A stretch of DNA of 64,000 bases from Argiope bruennichi (taxonomy: Eukaryota), in contig NC_079159.1 in assembly GCF_947563725.1 (NCBI RefSeq), forward strand, positions 100,113,559 through 100,177,558, read 5' to 3'. A model generated the notes under the pieces. The model was not told the DNA's origin. It searched no databases and worked only from the letters and a program-made list of their open reading frames with translations. Shown piece after piece: positions 1 through 12,801 of this stretch. Numbering within the stretch: position 1 is the stretch's first letter; each line of letters opens with the position of its first letter. The position numbers and the translations under genes are program-made.

Positions 1-83
1 AAAGTCTGTCTAATATGGAGTGTGACTACCATATCCTGTTATACAAACCTCACAATGAGCTCTCATACTGTTTGTAAGGGTAT

Positions 84-1010
84 CAATAAATGTTTGTCAC
101 AACAAAGCCGATTCTTCCAAAAAAGTGGTTTTTAACTTCTGGAAGGTTTTGAGAGTGCGGTTACGCTGTGTGATGACTCTTCCTAGGCTATCCCATACAT
201 ATTCAATAGGGTTGCGATCCAGAATCTTCGAGAGCCATTCCATATGGCGAATGTCCTCTTCTTCAAGAAAATCATCAGTAGCCTGGTATCTGTGTGGACG
301 CGCATTATCGTTTATAAAAATGAAGTCCGGGACAGAGCCCCCGGAACAATTTCACATAGGCTTCAAGTATCTCATCTCTATAGCGATGCTCGGTAACAGT
401 ACTCGTATTGAAGACATGTAATGGTATACAACTGCCCATCATTATTCCACTCCTGACAAGGATTTCTTTACCACCAAATCTGTTGATGTATTTTATGTAG
501 GGAGGATAATAGCGATCTCCTTGTTCTACCCAGATAAAGATTTGATGAAGATCACTCTGTATGGTGAATCTTGGCTCACCACTGAAAAGAACCCACCTTA
601 TTCTTATTGTGTCTTAGACTGATGTATTTGACTCCACAACAATCGTGCATTCCTGTTGGATGCAAACAAAGGGATGCACAAGACTGGATGCCGGGCGTTG
701 AAAGCCCTTTCACCTAGACATCTATATACTATTTGCCAGGAAATTCTTATTTCAGATGCAGCAATAAAATTACTAGCAAACTGAAAAACCGTTGTCAGCC
801 GTTGACATGCGCTGAAGCCAAGTAGCGATCCAGTGCAGACGTTGTTGCTCTGTGGTGGCTTTGGTCAACCTTCTGGTGACAGACCACTTATTTAGAATTG
901 ATTCTAGAGCCTGGATACCACTTGGAACCATCGAACCACCTCTGCTTGTAATTAGCCTGCTTCAAGACTGCCGATGGTATCCCTTTCAAGAAATCATTGA
1001 AATGATTATA
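84..1010 (-). mobile_element. Tc1/mariner-like transposase pseudogene (frameshifted DDE transposase remnant)
   Basis: The reverse-strand translation reads ...RWVLFSGEPRFTIQSDLHQIFIWVEQGDRYYPPYIKYINRFGGKEILVRSGIMMGSCIPLHVFNTSTVTEHRYRDEILEAYVKLF..., then a frameshift, then ...FIFINDNARPHRYQATDDFLEEEDIRHMEWLSKILDRNPIEYVWDSLGRVITQRNRTLKTFQKLKTTFLEESALL*. This carries the classic Tc1 'DNARPH' catalytic motif and the '...DLNPIE.VW' C-terminal motif. Upstream, around 850-960, the reverse strand gives ...RRLTKATTEQQRLHWIATWLQRM... Stops and frameshifts break the ORF. Confidence 0.65.
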
Positions 1011-1349
1011 AGAATTCTCACTGCAAACAGGCTAACTTGTTTATTTTAATGCAATATTCACAAAATTGAAAGCAAAAATTCTAGATGCTTAAATGATCTA
1101 ATTCCAGTGTTTCTAAAAAAATTAACACTAAATGACTTTTTTTTCTAAAATAAAATTTAAAATTGTTACCGATTATTCAAAACATATAAAATACAAATTC
1201 TATCAATTTTGTTTGTAGTAATTTAGAATTATTTTGAAAAACATGTTTGTGACCTTAATTTTGGACATGAGCATATAACAAAGTTTAAAGATGTGCAAAT
1301 AAAAAAAAATATTTTGCAATGATAAACATCTATTATGTAATTTTCTTAG

Positions 1350-1727
1350 GGATTTGAGTTTTGTACTAATGGTCCTGTGTTTTCATCCGCCACTACTGCT
1401 CTACCACCAGATAATGATCGTATTATATTTGGTTGTCATGATTCTGCTGTATACTGTGTTAATGTTAAAGGGGAAAATGTATGGAAATTTAATAGTGACT
1501 CTCCGGTTTATACAACTCCATTTGCCTTTCAGTGGAAAGAAGATAATTATGTTGCTATTGCAACTACAGCAGGTATGATATATATTCTAAGTCAAAGTAA
1601 TGGTGAAATTAAATATACTTTAAAATGTCTTGGAGAAATATTTTCTTCTCCAGTTGTATTGAATGAATTTTTGATTGTTGGTTGTCGAGATAATTTTGTA
1701 TATTGTTACCATTTATCTTCTCTTTAA
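1350..1727 (+). CDS. Terminal coding exon of a beta-propeller (PQQ-like repeat) protein, possibly the AASDH/ACSF4-like C-terminus; the rest of the gene lies upstream of the window
   Basis: An AG acceptor ('ttttcttag|gg') sits at 1348-1349. The open frame runs from 1350 to a TAA stop at 1725-1727. The translation reads GFEFCTNGPVFSSATTALPPDNDRIIFGCHDSAVYCVNVKGENVWKFNSDSPVYTTPFAF...IVGCRDNFVYCYHLSSL, with repeated 'G..D..VYC' blade motifs typical of PQQ/beta-propeller repeats. The ORF-track 'M' at 1377 is a GTG, not a true start. Confidence 0.4.
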   Translation, partial: GFEFCTNGPVFSSATTALPPDNDRIIFGCHDSAVYCVNVKGENVWKFNSDSPVYTTPFAFQWKEDNYVAIATTAGMIYILSQSNGEIKYTLKCLGEIFSSPVVLNEFLIVGCRDNFVYCYHLSSL

Positions 1728-3150
1728 TTGTCATAACTACTTGTTTTGAGTATATTTATAAAACATTTTTCTGCAAATATTATTTTTGATTAAAAAAAAT
1801 GCTTCTGAAGTTATATTTCCCCCCCATTAGCACATTATAAATTATGTATTCTATAAATCTGAAATTCATCAAAAGCCAGAATTATTGTGTTTACATTATT
1901 TTATTCTATTACTCTTAAACATCATATCATTCTCCTTAACAATTAGTTTAGCAAACTGTCAATATTTTTTTTTTCTGACACAAACTGAAGATTGCTTTAA
2001 GTATATTTGACATATATATTTAGAGGTTGTTATTTAAATCAAAATACCCACTGCCAAAAATCTGTGTTGAAATTGAAAATAAATATTTTAAATATCATTA
2101 CTTTTTTTATGAAGGAAATCAAAAGATGGAACAATTATAAATAAATGAATTACGGAATAATAAAAAAAAAATTCCAATCTTTTTTTAAATAATTATCATT
2201 TACCCTTGACCAAAATCCATTACAAAATTTCACAGGCCTAATGATATAGAGTAGTATGCCTTAGGCACCAATCATAGAAGACACCATAGTGACAAAACTA
2301 ATGTGTTCATAAGATTTTTAAACCAAATATTATAAGGTAGTGAAAAAACACAGAATCTCTATGGCTAATGGAAGTGAGAATGAAAAACTAAATTATACAT
2401 CAGCTATCATTTACATTGACTCTCACATTCACATTTAAAGGAGCTAAACTTATGAATAACTGTATATATTTTAGAACAATACAGATATAATATATATTTT
2501 AGCATATGTTTGAATCCTCCTGCAAGAATTCTATTTACTTACCTCTCACATAGTTACTCTGCCATTTTTCTTAACTTAATAGTTACAGGAACAGTCCTGT
2601 AGCAATCGAATCATAAGGAGAGGGCTATAGAAGCTGGAAAAGATAGATTGTAGTTTTAAATAGTCCGGCATTGAGATACTATTAAGCACGTTTACTTTTC
2701 TTTTTAAAGTAAATATGACAGGGGAGGAAGAAAAATAATATTTTTACCAGATTTATTTTTGCTATATAAAAGCACATTGAATGCGATCTAGAGTTGTAAC
2801 TCTGTTGAGTTTACATAAAGTTGTGAATATATACTTAAAGAGATTAACTATTTTCATTAGAAAAGAATTAGTTTTATTTCTGTTTTCCAAAGGGAAATAT
2901 TAATGTAATTGGTCATAAAGAGCTCAAATAGATAGAGACATCTAAGAATATTTTCTGAATATATATATTAGTATTTATTCTAACCCCACTTCTGTACAAA
3001 TTTAAATTGAGATTAGAATTTTTTCCCTCGAAAATATTTAAGAAAAAAAAAATCAATATGTTCGATGATTCTAACCCAGGGATGGCAAACCAGAGGTACG
3101 CAACACAATATTTTGGGCATGCAGCTGATCAAAACAGTTTGTAAAATGGC

Positions 3151-3489
3151 TTGCATGTGACTTCATTTGATAAACTGAATTTTTCCCAATTCGATTGGTT
3201 AGAAATCGAAGAATTTGAAATGCAACTGACTGATTTCCAGTCTAGTTCAATGTGGATTCAAAAATTGATTGAAACAGAAAGGTTAATAAGCAACATAAGT
3301 AAAAATTCCAGTAACAAAATTTTGGAAACATGGAATTCGATTCTAGCATTTAACTGTTTGAAGAAGCTGGCTCATTCTATTTTAAACATATTTTCATCTT
3401 TGCCTGTGAGTCATTTTCAGAGAGGAATACCATTAAAGACTCACTTAGAAACTGTTTGCCAGTTGACTTCAATTCAGCCTGCATTCTGA
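3151..3489 (+). mobile_element. Possible hAT-superfamily transposase C-terminal (dimerisation, hATC-like) domain relic
   Basis: The 112-aa ORF reads ...FSQFDWLEIEEFEMQLTDFQSSSMWIQKLIE...; the '..Q L.DFQ.. ..W..KL' pattern resembles hAT (Charlie/Buster-type) C-terminal domains. It is an isolated fragment in AT-rich non-coding DNA with no upstream DDE domain. Confidence 0.25.
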
Positions 3490-6285
3490 ACATCTTACAA
3501 TCCTAATATAAATTATTTGCCATCTAATCTGCAACAACAGAAGTCACATTAATGCTACTTTAATTTGAATTACATGTATAACTAAAACGTTTACTACTAT
3601 ACAGTGCAAAATGTATTTTTCAGTAGTAAATAAAGAGTTTTGAGTATTTAGTTTTATTATCTTCCAAAAAATCACAGGCCAAAATTATTTGACAGCACGT
3701 CTATATCTCATTAGACATTTCTTTAGAAAAAATGGCATGTTGATCCATAAAGGTTCGCAAACCCTGTTCTAACCATTTATTTTTCATGTTTCATTCTGCT
3801 ATATTTCAAATATCTAAATATACAAACTGAAAAATTTAGATTTATTAAAGAAGACAAATTAATTGAACTAACAATGTCTCTATAAATATAAGTTGTATTA
3901 ATATTTAATAAAAGAACTATAATTGATATTAATAAACACTCGATTTTAAGTGATTTGTTCATAATTACAGAAATATGATAATTGTGAAATTAACCATAAA
4001 GTATATTCTAAATATCTAGGAATGCAATATTTAAACAGTGCAAAGGAAATAATTAATTAGTAGTTATCTTGCTGTCATAATGTTAAAATAAGATATACAG
4101 GAATTAGTGATATATAATACTACAACCAAAGAAACCATTTATTCTTACTAAAAATGAACATGGCTATCATTCTTTCTCCCAAATTTCAATTAACTCCTTC
4201 CTTCTGAAAAATCTTCTCTTAAGACGATTAGCTTTCATAAAAATGTTGAAGAAACTTTCAAGTGATGAGAATAAGATAAGCCTTGCATTGTAGTTATCAT
4301 AGATCATATTGAAGCATGCCAATTTACAACTGATGATTAATAAAGTCTTTTCCTGGTTGAATTTCGTGAATTGCTTATAACATTGCTTCGATCCTAAACA
4401 ATGAAAATCTATTGTTAGTCCTTTTTTCTTCTTCATACATTTTAAATCTCATTCATCTACATGACATTATTAACATTGAAATAATGATTTTTCTTTAACA
4501 GACAAGTGTAATATTATTTTTTTCTTTTAATGAAAGTTATAAAGTAATGAAAATATTGATTGACTAACAAAAGAAGTAAAAAAATTAGTTTGATTTTGAT
4601 AATTATCTTAAAATCCATTTGCAGAATGTTTTCTTGCAACAGATTATTTTTGCAAGAAATAAAAACCTAAGTTCAACTAAAAAAAGGGGGAGGGATTCAT
4701 TTTGACTTTTAAAGGATGACTGCATTCATAATTTTAAGCTAGCTCAATTTCTAACTGAACTTTAAAACCTACTTGAAACCTATGCTTCAATATATCATCT
4801 ATTTATTGACCTTTGTTTTTGTTTTCCTATTGGTGAGAATTTCTTACATCATGCATTTGAGGATTATTTATTAAATGAGCTCTAGAAACAAATTTAATAA
4901 TTAGTAACCCAAAAGAAAAACTGCTATAACATGAAATTCATTTTTATCTTTGTTTGGGGATAAATCATTTTTAAAAAATGTGTATGCCTCCTCTTCTAAT
5001 TTAAAACTTTCTTCCACTATTTACTGAATTTTCCATCTGAAGTTTTGTATTTCAAGTGTTGGCATATAAAGAGTTTTTTGTGAATTTTTTAAGCAATTCA
5101 ATGTTTGCTTAAGTATTATATTCTGGAAATCTAAATTCATTAAAATATTACATAATAAAGAAATTACATTCTTTCATGAAATGATGATTTGGGCTAAATA
5201 GTTAACAAATAAGATGTTTCACATGATAGTATTGTCACATTTCCTGTAGAAAAATTGTGCAAGAATATAAGTTGATCTAAAAATAGAAATTGAGATTTAT
5301 TTGAAAAATAGAGCTCAGTAAACATAAAGAAAATTTTTTTAAAAATGAAAGAATGGATAAAATACCAATTTATACTGAACAAGTTGTTTTATTTTAATAT
5401 AAGTTGCGTGCAGATTTATTATAAAAGAGAGTATGATTTCTGAAAGTTTTAGCTTGCTAAAAAACAACAATCACAAACAAAGTCAATAAATATTCTTTAA
5501 CAAGACTGTAAAAGTTAAACACAGGGCTTTATGTGACATTTAGCCTTTGAAATGTGCATTTTCTAACAATTCTTTAAAGTTCAAACACTTAACAATATAG
5601 GCTGCAATAAAATAGTTTCTAGTTAATAAATATCTCACTTAAGGATCTATAAGGCAATATTTCAACTAGACATGTATACATGTATATAGCAAATATCCAT
5701 CATTAAATATTTTACAGTTCATATTGTTCTTGAATGCAATATTAAAAGCATTATATGTTTCCTACAAAGGGAATGTTTGTAGTTAACAGTGTTAGTTTCA
5801 TGTGTGATACAATGCAAAATGATTCAGAGAAGGATGATAGTAAACAGAACAGTTCTTATATTATCAAAAAATAATGAATAAACATTTCTAAGCTTCAGAA
5901 AGAGGCCCTATTTAAATATATATATATACACACACATACACATTCCATTTTTAGTGTTATTTTTAACTTTCACAATTATACTTTTTTGTCCTTACTTTCT
6001 TCAATTTATAAATCTAATACTTTTTACAGAATTTCAAATTTTATTCAGTAACTTTTTATGTAAATATAAAAACTCTCAGCATTTCAAAAAAAACAAAATC
6101 ATAAAATTTGCATTCTACTATATCATTTTCAATTTCATAATATTTACTCAAGAAACTAACTCACAAGGTGTGTAGCTATGCATGATCTAATATCTAGGAA
6201 TCAAAGAGCTGCTTTCATTGTAATTAAATAACTTATTTAAAATTTATTTTATTTTACAAGTTATGCAACATAAAAAAAATTATTT

Positions 6286-6319
<34 letters not shown>
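6286..6319. repeat. (TA)n microsatellite
   Basis: A perfect TA dinucleotide run is visible in the sequence. Confidence 0.9.
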
Positions 6320-6321
<2 letters not shown>

Positions 6322-8756
6322 GAAGAATTTATTATGTCTGAGTTCATACTTTAAAAAATGTATTCTTTAGATTTATACATGAAGATTTAATTTAATCTGT
6401 TATTTACCCATTTACTTAGGAAATAACAGATTGTATTCACATTTAATAATACATTATTTAGGTGATATAAAAATATATGTTAGGGTTTTCTTTCTTTCTT
6501 TTCTTTTAATTTAACTACAACAGAAAATTCAAGAATTTTTATACTTCATCTAGAATAAAAGTACTAAAACAAGTATTTAAACAATAAATAAATGAGTCAA
6601 CATGAATGTTAACATTATAATTATTGCTTGTTCCTGAATGTTCACTGAACATGGCTTAATACATTAAGTTTCCTTCTTATAAATTTGTGATTCATTTGTC
6701 ATGAAATCTAAATATAATATTCTCTAATTTTAATCCTGCAAGCACCCTATTATTACAATCTTGTGGTAATCAAATTTAAAGAGGGGGGGGGGAGTTTTAA
6801 AGGGAATGAAACTTTTTATATTTAGTTACATAGCTAAAATTTTAAGAATATTTTATTCATAGATGTTTAAGAGTCATTCTTATATGAATTACCTCCTTTT
6901 TGAACAGAACACAACAAACAAACAAAAAACCCAGTTATGCTGCTCAAAAGGTTAAAACAGATTAAAATTTTGTCTATGTTAATGAAGTATGAATAATTCC
7001 TGTTAAATGCACATATAAAAATTTACACAGTGATTAATGAATAAAGCAGAATGAAATAATCTTATTGAAAGTGATTAAATTATTATATCTTGGCAATACA
7101 ATTTGAAAATTTCAACTGTAATTTCCTCTAATCTATCATAAGTAAGCAAATATAGTAATTGTTACATATTGATTTTGCCATGGTGCAAGTTTACTCATGT
7201 TAATGTAGTTTAGAAGATGAAAAATCAGTATCAGTTTAAATTCCCCCCCCCCCCCCCTTTCCCATCTGATCTGACTTTGAAATCATGTTTCTATATCCAA
7301 CAATATCTGAAACAGGTTATTAGCCATACAAAATTAATTATAGATATTATTCAGTGTATGTAGAAAATAATTATTATTAAAAAAAATCCTTTCTGCAGAA
7401 ATTAACTCTTTCATTATAGTGACAAGAGTATAGAGCTTTAAATTTCTTTCCTGGAGCCGTAAACTTTTTCATTATAATGAACAAAAAAGTTTTATATCTT
7501 GTAAGTATAGGCACTTCACATTCTTAATTCAAAATACAAGATTTATAATGTTTAAATAATTCATAAAATAAAAAAATAATTTCAATAAATATTCTGCTTT
7601 GAAAATAGTATATATTATAAACAAACATTTTCAATTTGCTTTATTTTTCAGATAATATTGGTAAAAAAAAAAAAAAAAAAATACAGTTATGAATCTAACT
7701 ACCATTTTATTAATATTTATATCATTGAAATAAATTCATAGATATCTTAAGAATATCACGATATTCATTTGAAAAATTCTTAATTTTCATCTTAAAACAT
7801 TAGCAATTATTCATCTACATTCTTCACAAGAAAAATAGAGATAGATATTTCCCTGAAAGAGACCACTATCTTATATATATACATATATATATTTTTTTCA
7901 AAGCAGTGTATTTGAAGTAACTAAACACATTACATTTCAAAATATAATTATGCCAGAAAACTTGAGGGAGAGAAAAAAAACATTCCTTCATATAATTGCA
8001 TATACATATAAAACAGTATACCTAAAATAATTTTAAGTGATGACTTGTTCATTTCAATGACAGAAAATAATATCTAAATATATTCATACACTTTTATGAA
8101 ATAAAGATGAATATTTTTAAAAGATGTATTCTTTTTAATTTATATTTGAAGCAAGAGCATGCCATTTAAAAGTAATAAGTAAATATTATATCTAATACTT
8201 TTCTGAAAACAATTTTTAAAATTTAAAATAGAGAAGTGAAATATTAACCAGATTTATAATTTGATAAATAAAATATTAAATGCTATTTTATAAACTTTCA
8301 ATAAATTAATCTTATATGAAAAATATTATCACAGTTCAATGTAATTTTTTTAGAATTATGGATAATAGACAGAAAATAACGGAATTAATATTTGTTATAT
8401 TTTAAGAGAAAAAGATACACTCTTTGAAAAAATTCAAAATACTTTATGAAGTTACTTTGTTCAAAGTATCATTGAAAGACAATGTAAAATCACTAAATTA
8501 TCAATACTGCATGCACTCTTTTGCTAATAGATAAAATACATACAAGAAAACAATGATTAAAAAAACACAACCAAAAGTATAAATACAAAATTTAAAAAAA
8601 AAATCATAATTTAGGATAAATATCAATTTACATCAGATGCAATTTCAAAATAAATAATATAACAATGATTTTTATAAACATGCTATGGTAATATTTCCAG
8701 CATTTATATTACAGTTTTTCTTTGCATAGTATATGATGTATCTGTCCAGTATTTCA

Positions 8757-11501
8757 TTATTTCCATGCAGCTCTGAGTGTTTTGCGAGCTGCTAATCTTT
8801 TTGTAGTATATGACAAGGCTACCAATCCTAATAGCACTACACTAATTAAATAATGATCAAAGTCATCTTTAAGAATGTCAAATGTTTTTGATGGAGTCAC
8901 TCGAGTATAAAATAAATCAAGTCCATGAACAAAAACTAAACAAGTTGATTCTAGGCCAGAAGGTGCAGTGACTATGTCTCGAACTCTTGAAACACTTTGA
9001 TTATAATTTATGATACCTTCAGTCAAGATAGGAAGTTCTGGAATGTAAGGAATGAGACCTTCTTCTCGATGTTCTGGCAAAGGTGTAATAGGACGTCTTG
9101 GATCCAAGAAAGTTTTAGGCAGTTCCAAAATTCCACCAGAAGGTAATGCCATTAAAAGATGCTTGTTGGTCATCCCTCTTTCTGTAACTGTATCTGCCAT
9201 TGTCACAATAGTTGATGGGAATATAAATGTTTGATGCTCTACAAGAGGTAAAGGAGGTGGTGCAAATGAAGAGAATGCTGTCGTATTACTTTGATATTTT
9301 CCTTCAAATAATTCAATTGATGAGATTTCAATTCTTCTAGACTTATCATTGTGATAACTGTAAATAATCCAGTTTTCTGAATGAACAACATGTATAGGAC
9401 TCTTGCATCTTTTGTGTGATGCCGAGTAAACAACAAGACCAGTAACAATATCAATGAGATAAAGGTTGCAGAAAGTCTTTTGAATTGAGTCATTGCCTTC
9501 AGTAAAAACAGCAGCCAAATTTGGATTTAAATATTTATACAAAACACTTCTATCACCCATGACTCTTCCTTGCGAATGCACATGCTCTGAAGGCCTCTTA
9601 GTAGCTACATTAATAATTGGCTGGGGTAATTTCATTTTCCATGCTTCAACAGCTTTCAGACTATTAGTTTGATCTGCAGTAAGGGAGTAACCTATCAAGG
9701 TACCAGATTCAGGTTCAGCTGTGAACATAAAATGTGAATTTTTATGTCTCGATATATCATGAGATTCTGGATAAACATGAACTCTTAGATCTGAATCTAA
9801 TAAAAGAATTTCTCTCAAATAATAGCTGAGTGTTCCAACAGGCATTACCTGTATTACAGTATATGGTAAAACTTTTGATTCTATAGTAATACCTGTAATA
9901 GGATCAAAAGAATATATGCGACTTTGCTGAGAATGAGCATGCCTTCCCACAGCAGTGCAAACAGGAGGATAAGGAAAATGAGCTGTTGTTCTTTGGACAA
10001 ATAATGGAAAATAAAGTTTCTCTTTCAAGCTAAAAGGAGATAAATTTTTTTCAAAATGGCTCCAAATAATTAGTCCAGACAGGTTATCAATTCCAAATGC
10101 TTTTCCTGGTTTGGTAATAACAACGATTATCTTGTGCAATCCAAATGTATCACGAGTTAGACTTTTCTTATCTATACCAACATGATCACTATCACCTTTA
10201 AAACCAACAAGGACACTTAATAAATATGACTGTAATAAATAAACTTGGGACTTTAATCTGTTCAAAAACATGGTAAGAGGATTGGCATCAGGTTGTCCAA
10301 ATTCTTGTTCAATGTTTGCATCTGTATCTGACAGTGGTAAATCTAATATTTCCGATGATACAATACTAGATAAAGCCTCTTCACGAGTCCACACCAATCT
10401 TCCCTGTTGATGAATCACAAGAACTGAATGGTCTTCAAATAACAGCAACATCTTATAGCTAACACCATGATCTTTTTTAATATATGGAAGGATAAAGAAT
10501 AGTTCCAAGTCCCCATGCTCTTCTGACAAAGAAAATGTTCCATCTAAATTTTCTAATTCTTTTTTAGATTCAATATCTAAAGCTTTTATTTTGTAAGTAT
10601 TGCTAGATTGTACCAAAGTAAACATCACTAACTTATCTTCTATAATAGTTGATGTAATTTTACTTATGCTAGGTAAAAGTTTAACAAGTTTTATCCCTGG
10701 AGGATGAATTTGTAACAGTATTCCACTATCTTCAAGCTGTAGAGCCATTAATGGTTTGTCTGATGATCCTTGATATGGCAAAGCCACTGCTTTCATTTCT
10801 TTTAGATTTTGAGTTATTTCAATACCTAGATTTCCTAATGTAACAGGTATAAAGGCACCACTATCTTTAATAGAAAGTAGCTGTAAACTCTTCTTATTGC
10901 TCTCAATGCAGACAAAATAGTTACTGGAAATAAAACTACAATTAGAAGATTTATCATACCATGGTGAAGAGATTATATTCGATGTTTTTAAGGATCCTCG
11001 TGTGTAACTATATACAGAAACTTTGGTGTGCTGCATAGGTAACATTTCAATTCTAATTATTTCTTTAGTTGAAGAGTTAACTTGAAAGTAAAGTAAAGCA
11101 GCATTATTGGGTGTATTAGGAAAAGAAGTTTCCCATAATAAAACGCCTGTATTTGCATCCCAACTTCTAATAAATTGTCCTCCACCACTAACTGTTACCA
11201 AATCACCGTTCTCAGAGACAGCATCAATTACACCCGCGTCTCCATTTTCTAAAACTTGTCGCCATATAATACTACCCGTGCGTACGCTTAAACAGGCCAA
11301 AACATTTTCCTCTGTTGCAACTATAAATTTCTGTGAACCACCTATGGCAGGATCAATATAGGCAAATTTCACTTTACCAATATATTGCTGCCTCCAATCA
11401 AATTTTCCAACTTGATCTTCATAAAGAGAACTAACAATTGCAATTAATATGAAAATAATAGTCAAGTTAATGAAGAAACTAAAATTACCAGATAATGTCA
11501 T
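8757..11501 (-). CDS. EMC1: ER membrane protein complex subunit 1 (EMC1/KIAA0090 orthologue), 914 aa, single exon
   Basis: The uninterrupted 2745-nt ORF begins with a signal peptide and then the conserved EMC1 start [20 protein letters not shown] (human [20 protein letters not shown]). Internal conserved blocks include [94 protein letters not shown] and [15 protein letters not shown]. A C-terminal TM helix precedes ...[14 protein letters not shown]. Confidence 0.92.
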   Translation of the reverse strand: [914 protein letters not shown]

Positions 11502-12801
<1,300 letters not shown>

